A DNA stretch of 64,000 bases from Lingula anatina (taxonomy: Eukaryota; Animalia; Brachiopoda). The position numbers were made by a program, and so were the translations under genes. The stretch lies in contig CM120645.1 of assembly GCA_051362555.1 (NCBI GenBank), positions 12,772,001 through 12,836,000 on the forward strand, given 5' to 3'. Shown here one piece after another: positions 55,178 through 64,000 of the stretch (position 1 is its first letter; each line of letters starts with the position of its first letter). The notes under the pieces are model-generated. The model was given only the letters and a program-made list of their open reading frames with translations. It was not told where the DNA came from and did no database searches.

Positions 55178-56018
55178 CTGAAAGAATTCACTACGGTTTG
55201 TGTATGTACTCTACAGGGTTAGAATATTGATTTACAAATTCAAAATTGAAACTACAACAAAAACAACAATAATAATAATTGACAATGAAAAATATATTTA
55301 TAAGGAAATTAATAATCTGTATTTATTTATGTACATTATAATACCATTTAAATTAATTAATACATCAAAGTAACCTTTTCCATTAATTCTTGAAAAGTTG
55401 TGCACAGGTCCAAATATACACTTATTCTCAAACATGGGCAGTATTAATTCACATTACAGCACATCATTTTTTTCCATGTGATCAAATCCAACAATACAAA
55501 AAACACCATGCACTAAGTATTGTTTCTAGTACTGTAATATTGTTGTTATGTTTTACTGTTTGAACAATAATTATATGTCTTATAACAGAGTACTATATAA
55601 ATGCAATAAAATCACAAATCCAACCCCCTCTATCATCCACAGTCAGCCCCTTGCTCTACTTTCATGTAGAAAAACACAACTATCAATTATCCCGTCTCAA
55701 CTAAAGCAATATGAGAATGCCCCCCCCCCCCCCCCTCCCCTTCCTTCAGCCCATGTCGCATGTCACCACCTATCAGCGGTCGGTTTTTCACAACTCAAGA
55801 AGTGAAACAAGTCGTCAAATGCGATTCATCATACCTATACCACAGAGAGTGTGTTCACCTTGTATAAACTCGACTAAAATAACTTTAAAATCATAAAATT
55901 AATTCAAATGGTATCACGTCGTCAACTTCAAAATCAAAGACAAACTACAAATTTCATTAAGTAGTCAAATACCTGATCTTCCTATCATTTAGGTAATGCT
56001 TTACGTAAGTGTACTTAC

Positions 56019-56107
56019 AATAACGTATCTGCTCCTGGTGGTTTGTTCCCGAAATAGTCATAGTTTATGCAAAAACCGCATTTAGAGCAAAGGAATTTGG
56101 AGGTCAT
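56019..56107 (-). CDS. CDPF1: CDPF1 coding exon 1
   Basis: MTSKFLCSKCGFCINYDYFGNKPPGADTL then TT|GTAAGT. The three exons total 318 nt, giving 105 aa. Confidence 0.9.
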
Positions 56108-56196
56108 TTTCAGAGCAAATGAGTAACTCTTTAGAAAAAGAAGTGCGAAATGTAGTACATCAACATGAAATGCGGTAGATGCGCCAGTTTTCTTAC

Positions 56197-56225
56197 TCAG
56201 ATATTGCGTTTTTCATTTTTGCCAT
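56197..56225 (-). other. Putative upstream CDPF1 exon with AUG (uORF or N-terminal extension)
   Basis: AAAATGGCA start, MAKMKNAIS, GA|GTAAGA donor, then a 68-70-nt intron ending TTCTTTTTCTAAAGAG. Confidence 0.45.
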
Positions 56226-56951
56226 TTTTGCCGCGTTAAATAAACCTAGTTGACTGAAATGAAAAGTGTTACAAAAAGGCCAATCACAAAATTAACAGAC
56301 CAATATTTGTGAAATATTTCCGCTTATTCAAAGTGTATATTTTTAAAAAGTAGACATTTTTAAAAGTGAACTTATGCTAGAGAAAGAGTAGGGAGAAAGG
56401 GCTACTCCTTAATCGGGCTATTTGTCTTTTTAAAGTCTGTTTTCTTACACCAAAAGAGACAAAACAACAGCTCTCTTCTCTTAAATAACGCGTCGACCTG
56501 AGCCAAGTGTGTCCACAACATTGCTAACACAACAGAATCCTACAATATTACAAACAAAGATGTTATTTATCAGAGACATGTTATTAAAGCAGCTCCAATC
56601 GTATACAACTGTACTTTTATATCGGTCGTCACTAAAAGCCACCCAAAGGCAAGCTGCCAAAGTAGCCTCCTCTTGTCGTCGTTATGCACGTACTGGCAGG
56701 TTTCTTAGATAAGACGGACATTTGTATAGTGTTCCAAACAGAGCTTCAGCGTAATAAGCTTATCTGTAAACAGCGTCATCCCTAGAAACAGCTGGGTTTG
56801 ACAACAGAGCATAAACCAATATTACTATTGGCAGATTAACTGTATTATAATAAATTCACTACTGAATCTTCGCCATCAGCCTGTTAGAGAAACCGTGTAA
56901 AAGAAAATAGACTGAAGATCACAAATTAACGGACCATTCCTACTTTCAACC

Positions 56952-57068
56952 ATGTCTAAAGTGACCGAGCTGCAAACTTTCCCGACGTCTACTGACACCC
57001 TGACGTCAAGGGATGACGCCCCAGATATGGTGAACAGGGATCCTAATGATATAAACGCACATTTGAAG
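56952..57068 (+). CDS. CAV1-like: Caveolin alternative first exon 1a
   Basis: ACCATG, then MSKVTELQTFPTSTDTLTSRDDAPDMVNRDPNDINAHLK|GTAATT, phase 0. Confidence 0.88.
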
Positions 57069-57375
57069 GTAATTTTTTAATGTCTACATAGGCCCTATAG
57101 GTACATGCATGGGAGCGTGCTTACCTTTTACGCGCGTGTGCGTCTATTGTTGATTTGATCTTCAGCGATACTTCATATTAATTTGAAAATAAGTGCACTG
57201 ATTATCTGTTTTTCGACTTTGCTGCATCATTTTAGGGAACTATCTCGTAAAATTCCTGGTGGCGAACAATTTTTTCATGTTCATTATCGTTTTTAAATAT
57301 GCCCATCCAGAGGTCGTTTGTACACTGCAAATAAGACGTAGGCCTAGATAATATAATGTTATTCATATTTGGGTC

Positions 57376-57418
<43 letters not shown>

Positions 57419-58129
57419 TTATTTTTAACAAAAATGTCTGTTTTTTCCTTTATATGTTTTTCATCGTATTTCATTTATCAACATGTATTTCTATACGATA
57501 TCAGCTTTGATTTAACCCGTAATTAAGTAGCCATCCATGCTTTACAATAACAGTGCTGGATTGCAAACAACAGGGCAACCGTAAACTCATGATTGAAAAT
57601 GTTTAGGTTTGTTCAAGAAATCCCCGAAGATATCCATACTTATCTTTCTCTTGGTTGCCAATAAGGAATCAAAGAGATATTTGACTATCCTATGCCAAAT
57701 AGTAGGCAAGGGGATTATCTCAAGTCCTTGTGCTCACGTTTGCGCTCCTTTCGGTAACTAAGAGGCGGAATGTATTAGCCCGACGAGTAGGCCTAATAAC
57801 TTTTAAAGTAAGTACAAGGTGTAAAAATGAACCGAAAAAGTTTGATTAACATTTAGAAATTATGGAAACGTTGTTAAATGCAAAGCTATACAAATTTTCA
57901 ATTTAAGAGAATGGTGAGATACGAAGTATGTCTGCCTTGTAATCCCCCCCCTCCACCCCAGAATATCCCATGGTAACGGTAACGCACACAAACATAGTTT
58001 CCACTAAAAGATAAGAACGTCCTAAAGTTTTTCTGCCATTAGGCATTTTACACTGAAAAATAGAGACTAATTTCAACAGAGCGACGGTAAGACTAACAGC
58101 GTGTTATTGTTCAAGAAAATTAAAGGAAA

Positions 58130-58186
58130 ATGGATGAGGTTGATATGGTACAGCGCGATCCTAATGATTTAAACGCTCACGTCAAG
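58130..58186 (+). CDS. CAV1-like: Caveolin alternative first exon 1b
   Basis: AAAATGG, then MDEVDMVQRDPNDLNAHVK|GTAGGT, phase 0. Confidence 0.88.
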
Positions 58187-58395
58187 GTAGGTACATTGTG
58201 AAATGGATACACCTGCCAATGGATAGAAAACTTAAAAAAAAATTGATTCATAAGCTTAAGCAGCGCAATTATATTTCAATAATGAAAAGGTACTTTACTT
58301 TATCCATGTAAGAGAATTCAGCTAATGATTCAATGCGTACACAATTAATGTTGACATTTAAGGAAATTCTGTGAGAGAGAAATGCGTCTTATCTC

Positions 58396-58428
<33 letters not shown>

Positions 58429-59129
58429 TTTTTGGTGACTTCAAATCTGTCACTTCCAGTGCTTTGGTTTTGTATGAATCTTTTCGTCTGGGCTTGGTAT
58501 TTGTCAAAGGGACAATTTGTAAACTTTGGGACTGAAAAATGCTGTCACGAATTCCATTGATTTCTTCGTTAAGACCCAGTATTTTCTTGCCTTAAATTCA
58601 ATGATATTTTAAAAAGATGAAATTAAAGCAAATAACTGCTTGACCAATATAGCCGTCAGCCAAGATAACGTTGATGTGAAATAGTTTTTATTTTTCTTTA
58701 CTAATGTAAAATTGAAATTTTTGGCATTTAAGTAAAAAAGATAGCCTTTAATTTAATCACGTAAGAGGCAGTTTGGGCATCCTGTTTGAATAAAGATATC
58801 AAGGGTAACAGATTTGCAAGAACCAACTATTTAAAAGGTTCTTATAATTACAAGAACTAACTCTTTTAAGGGGTTCTTATAAAAGATTAAAAACGAAGGC
58901 ACAGAAAAATATCGGTACTTTAAAAATATGCAATGTCCAATATCAAAGGCATTTTACTCATTTTACTCATTATTTTACTTATTTATGTACTTTTTGTGGA
59001 ATGTCCCATTAACGCCATCATCCGTCTTTCACACTCATGGTCTACTATCATCACAACCAGCCTCGTTTTCGAACACCAGTTGTCTTCACAAATACCGTAG
59101 TCCAACACAACCGTAACGAGACAGGTGTC

Positions 59130-59347
59130 TTAGATCCCGTTCCCATACCTAAATCGATCTAGCAAGACCGGATCTCCGAGGAGTTTCTCATTAATTTGAA
59201 TTCAGCTTTAGCGGCTGTGATGTCTGGCACGCCTACTGAAGCTGTTAAAGGGTTACTAACTATTTTTAAGCAGCTTCAGTAGGCGTGCCAGACATCTAAG
59301 CTGGGTCGATCCCGATAGATCGATCTAGGTATGGGAACGGGGTGTAA
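59130..59347. mobile_element. Foldback MITE with nested inverted repeats
   Basis: Outer pair CCCGTTCCCATACCTA / TAGGTATGGGAACGGG and inner perfect 26-bp pair GATGTCTGGCACGCCTACTGAAGCTG / CAGCTTCAGTAGGCGTGCCAGACATC. Confidence 0.85.
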
Positions 59348-59857
59348 AAAGCACCAACAACGTCCCCTGAAGTCACTTTTCTGCCATCACAACAACAGTC
59401 TCCGTGGCTATGGATATGGTGGCTTCAAAGACGAACTCGTGCACACACAAGCGAATTATTAGGCTATCAGCAGAACTGTGCAATGAAACTATTTGCATTT
59501 TGGATATTCCGCCAGATTACACTTTATCTTTTATTACATCATTGTAAACCAAAGTTAGAGGGGAAAATGTCATGTTAGTGTAAATCTATAGCAACAACGT
59601 TTAGTAACTTCCCCAGTACAACACCTACCGTTTTCATATATTTAGGACATTTTCCGAAAAGAATTCATTCACTAAAACCTGGAACGTTGCAAAAACACTT
59701 TTGGGTGACACAGTTAGGGCTTTTCTCAACTGTCAGGTACTGAGCAGTGGCCTATGGTGGGAATACATGTACAACGTTTTATTCAGAAAAATCTAGTTAC
59801 AGGGGCCTAGAAGTCTTTCCTCACACGAGAATAATACGCCCCTGTACCAAAAGCATT

Positions 59858-60339
59858 CCCAGCAGGCATAGTTGCGTTGGATCAACGTTGAAAACAGGTT
59901 GATACATGCACATTGGATTGCCGTTGATCTACCTAAATTCAATGTAAATCAACGTTGATCCAGCCACGTCGAAACACCGTCATAATGTGACGTTGACTCA
60001 ACGTTGTATTTTGGTTACTGACACAACCTTGCAGACATGGATTGTAATTTAAAATATTAATTGTTGAAACGTGATACTTTGTTTATCAATATACTGTAAC
60101 TAACTTTATCTAAATAATCAAAAAAAGTGTTAAAAGTAAAAGTGACAGTTGTTTTGTGTCTTTAGTGAACTAGTGAATTTTCTTAACTTGTTATTCAGAA
60201 ATACATTCCAATAAACTGAATTCCTTGCAAGGTCAGCTAACACTAGGATGAATAAGTTGCTGTAAATGCGATTGAGTGAATAAATAAAGTTAACAGTTCT
60301 TGGTAACCTGTTATACATAGGTTGAGGTGACTGTGACTT

Positions 60340-60390
<51 letters not shown>

Positions 60391-60636
60391 TCTAAACCTT
60401 GGAAATTTTAACTTAAAGGCCATACCTTTATACCCTACCCTCAGGTCATTTCAATGTCTTTTCATGCAAGAATGTTGTCTAACAACTGGAGTTGATACAA
60501 TGTTGTTATCTGACGTTGATACAACGTTGTTATCTGAGGTTGAGTCAACTTTCAAATCCAATGTTTATCCAACGTCTTATCAACGTTATAGTTCAACGTT
60601 GTTTCAATGTTAAAACAACATATTTTGCCTGCTGGG
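59858..60636. mobile_element. Non-autonomous EnSpm/CMC-like element, 779 bp
   Basis: TIR CCCAGCAGGCA / TGCCTGCTGGG, 2-bp TT flanks and many subterminal CAACGTTG palindromes at both ends. Confidence 0.8.
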
Positions 60637-60674
60637 TTGATTAGGCTTGAAAATTATGCATTTTTTCATTCTAG

Positions 60675-61007
60675 ACCCAATTCGAGGACATCTTCGGCGA
60701 ACCCGAGGGAACCCAGAGCATTGACTGTGTCTGGCGAAACGCTTTCAAGTGTTTCACGGGAGGGAAAAACTGCTGCTACAAGTTCATCACCATCATCTGC
60801 GCCCTGCCAATCGCGCTCTGTTGGGGCTGCGAGTTCGCCATGATAACGTTCGATCACGTGTGGAACCTCACGCCTGCGTACCGGTCCTTCGAGATCTACC
60901 TCACGTGCTCCAAGCGGTACTTTGGCGCATGCGTGCACTGCATTTGCGATCCTTGTTGCGAGGCGGCTGGGCTGCTTTTTAGTAACATTAAGATTGCCAA
61001 AAGTTAA
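60675..61007 (+). CDS. CAV1-like: Caveolin shared exon 2 (signature, scaffolding and intramembrane domains, stop)
   Basis: CTAG|TQFEDIFGEPEGTQSIDCVW...CCYK...LPIALCWGCEFA..FDHVW..P...DPCCEAAGLLFSNIKI. The caveolin frame is missing from the ORF track. Confidence 0.96.
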   Translation, partial: TQFEDIFGEPEGTQSIDCVWRNAFKCFTGGKNCCYKFITIICALPIALCWGCEFAMITFDHVWNLTPAYRSFEIYLTCSKRYFGACVHCICDPCCEAAGLLFSNIKIAKS

Positions 61008-61591
61008 CTGTTATATTTACGAATACGCACAGTGTGAAGTAAATCGGTCTATTCTATATATTCGGTATATTCTATATATTCTTCATGACCGAGGAACAGA
61101 ATGCCGTCCGTTTGGTCTGCAAATTGAACAATCTCAAATTGTTGAGAACAAAACATGATTTTGACGCTTTATTTCGTAAAATAAAACACAAAAGGACAAT
61201 TTTATACATTTGAAAAATCTCCTTTAGTTTTTTACGTGTATAATTTAAATGCTTGCCACTTGATTAATTTGATTTGTCATTCTAATTTGTAATTATGAAA
61301 CTAACTGTTTCAAGAGTTAAGACAAACTCAAATGCACACCACTATCACTACTACCTGTGTTTTATTGTGATAATAAACTTTGATAAAGGCAAATAACCAT
61401 CTTGATTATACAGCACCGATAGGTGATTTATAGGTGCAATAGACCTGGTATAAATGACAACGTGAGTCTCTATGATAAATTCACTACTACCATTACTACT
61501 CCTACTACCTCTGAAACTCTGTGTTATGCCGTTCATTTCAAAGTTAATTAAGTATGATGTGACGCAGTTTAGTCTCTTATCATTGAACAAG

Positions 61592-62072
61592 TTACACCTC
61601 ATTTTGATATATGCCAGCGGCTGTTGGTTGTTGTTGATTACTTTCGTTTGCTGGCATGCCAAGAACAGTGTACGTGCTGTCACTGGCATTAGCATACTCA
61701 GCCACGCGGTTGTCTTTTGACATAGTTTTGACCTCCAGTGACATATACTCGTGTTCCCTATCAGCACTGTCTGGCGGACTCAAACTGTTTTGGTATATCT
61801 TTGAGGTGTCACAGTTAACCGCGTTAGCAGGTGTTGGATGTCTGTGACTATCTTTGATTGCTACAGTACTAAGGGCAGTATAATCGCTGTCATTAACGTT
61901 AACATATTCAGCCACGCGGTTAACTGTTGACATAGTTTTGACCTCCAGTGACACATACTCGTGCTCCCTATCAGCACTGTCTGGCTGACTCAAACTGTTT
62001 TGGTGTAACGCGGAGGTGTCGCTGAGAACCGCTTTAACGGCCCTGGGCGGCTGGGAGGAGTGGCACTGTTTA
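61592..62072 (-). CDS. Sushi/CCP receptor last exon: cytoplasmic tail with 8 Tyr motifs
   Basis: CATTCAG|T completes the CG of the TM exon in frame. Contains an internal 210-bp duplication. Ends IYQNEV*. Confidence 0.85.
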
Positions 62073-62496
62073 CTGAATGGAAACGAAATGCAATAGTTCA
62101 CATGTACCCCTTATCAGGAAGAAGGTTAAAAGACAAATTAATTTAGAAGGAGGAATATCAGAATTCGTAATGCGTAAACATATTTCAAACCAAAACCCTA
62201 AGAATTGATGAATCTATATATGCTTACACCATGGCAGGGATAGCCGACATCGTCCAGATGCACCAATACATTAAAGAAAACACGTCGATTTAAGCATTAA
62301 ATATTTTATATTCACATATTTTATATCATATGGTACTCTGATATATAACACTTAAAATTGGACAAACTTTGCAGGGTCTGATGCATTTATACAATCATAG
62401 CCTAAAAGGTGTCTCTTTTCATTTTACGTGTAGGCTACCCTTTATCGTTACCTTTGTTTGGAATGTACATGTTTTTTATAGTCTCTTTTGACTTAC

Positions 62497-62632
62497 CGTC
62501 TACGTTTGACGAATACAACAACTGTTACAACAATTAATATCAGCACTATCACTCCAGTAACGCCCACACCGATACTGAGACCAATGTTGGGGTCTGTGGA
62601 TGCTGCTTGGGTACCATCCCCTGGCAACACCG
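62497..62632 (-). CDS. Sushi/CCP receptor transmembrane exon
   Basis: IGLSIGVGVTGVIVLILIVVTVVVFV followed by the KRRR stop-transfer. Canonical splice sites, phase 1 to 2. Confidence 0.9.
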
Positions 62633-63007
62633 CTGAATAAAATAAACAGTTTAGCTTTAACTGTTTTATATGCTCCACTAGTTAGCGAACTTTTATTTAA
62701 AAAGTACAATCTTTGATTTTGCATAAAAATAAGCAAAGGGTTTTCAGTTTTATTTTTCTGAAATGTAAAGATAAACACTGCACATAATGTAACAATTAAT
62801 GTAGAAACAGTATTTCGATCAAAGTTATAACAGTATTGTAGAGGACCACATAGCGTGTCTGAGTGTCAAAGTATTAAAGTGGAGAGTGATTTTATTACAG
62901 ACCCCTGTCTGAGTCAAATTGCAGACACCTGTCTGCGTTGATGACCAAGTCAATTTGCATGGGGATTCGAGAGGATACCCATTATTCATATGCCTTAAAA
63001 TTCGTAC

Positions 63008-63568
63008 CTGTACAACTCAGAGAGTCCACCCCAAATCCACCGGTTTCATCACACGTCAAGGTTACACTGGTATTACCATCTCGGAACTGAAATCCTTTTA
63101 TGCATTTGAATTCAACTGATGCCATGAAGAACAGATTCGTACCATCAGAGGTCGTCACTGTATTGTTTAAATGAGGTAAAGTACATGTTCTTTTTATGCA
63201 GTCAGGTATTGGCGGTTCCAGAGTATTTGTCGCAATGCATTGTGACTTAAATGGCACGTCGACCTCAAACCCAGAAAAATGATATCCAGGAATGCAGGAA
63301 AATGTCAAATTCTGCATGTAAACATATGGTCCTTCTGCTGCCAAATTCAAATTCAATTTATTACCAGGAAAACCACACGATATGGGAACACAGCTAGGCA
63401 AACTCTGATCAAATGTACCATCGGCTTGACAAGTTAGGTTCTTGATCATTGACGTGTCGTTGAATTGGAAGCCAGTGTCGCATGTATATGTGACAGTTTG
63501 TCCTTCAAAGGTAACGTAACGCTGTGTTACCTGTCTCAGGTGATCATTTACAGGAAGGACACATGTTC
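63008..63568 (-). CDS. Sushi/CCP receptor exon with three CCP domains
   Basis: Three C..P...G..V.Y/F.C..GF/Y......C...G......P.C modules. 561 nt, phase 1-1. Confidence 0.92.
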
Positions 63569-63750
63569 CTGGAAGTAAGGCAAACCTTTTCAAGTTTATG
63601 AAAAGTCCAATAAAAACAGCAGGAATTGTACACATAAATATTACGAGGGTATAATCGTTAGGTGAACATGTAGCAAACTGACGATTAAATGTATAATTCT
63701 AAATCTTTTCTTCGTTTTCTATTTTGATGTCTTTTTGATATCAGACTTAC

Positions 63751-63939
63751 TGGTGCACGTTTTCCTCTCCCCTTCAAACGTTCCTCTAGGACTGCAAGTC
63801 AGTGTGAAACTGTAACCAGAACCATCGCTGAGTTGATACCCACTGTTACAGGTATAGGTAACAGTGCTGCCAAATCTGTAACCTCCAGGTGCCGGAGAGG
63901 GGGCTGCGTTAGGTATAGTCAGGGCAGTGCATTCCACAT
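63751..63939 (-). CDS. Sushi/CCP receptor exon with one CCP domain (gene continues beyond the window)
   Basis: VECTAL.IPNA...FGSTVTYTCNSGYQL...LTCSPRGTF....C. 189 nt, phase 1-1. Confidence 0.92.
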
Positions 63940-64000
63940 CTAAAAACAAAGTGTATGTCTGTAATGGAATCCATCAGTCACAATAATGATAAAAAATGAC

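Noticed and set aside
60607-61158. Four ORF-track entries over the caveolin exon
   Set aside because: They are wrong-frame or antisense shadows. The caveolin frame begins at the acceptor at 60675.

Overview
Eukaryotic, intron-containing invertebrate genomic DNA; a mollusc or other lophotrochozoan is likely, but this is inference. Five protein-coding genes can be assembled by hand from splice sites. (1) A 4-exon clan-7 cytochrome P450 (CYP7-like, +, 15553-20505, 499 aa) with a shortened heme loop. (2) RYBP/YAF2 (+, 28909-37685, 4 exons, 181 aa). (3) CDPF1 (-, 56107-54484, 3 coding exons, 105 aa). (4) A caveolin (+) with two paralogous alternative first exons (56952 and 58130) sharing exon 60675-61007. 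(5) The 3' end of a Sushi/CCP single-pass receptor (-, from the window edge to 61592) with a duplicated tyrosine-motif tail. The window also holds a 5'-truncated LINE, several non-autonomous DNA transposons (one nested, with a 5-bp TSD), a U2 snRNA fragment and a hairpin-forming higher-order repeat behind the RYBP stop. An orphan TATA promoter and non-coding exon sit at about 3.5 kb, and there is a sharp CpG-rich/CpG-poor mosaic. Most ORFs in the supplied track are spurious. All family assignments come from remembered motifs, not database searches.
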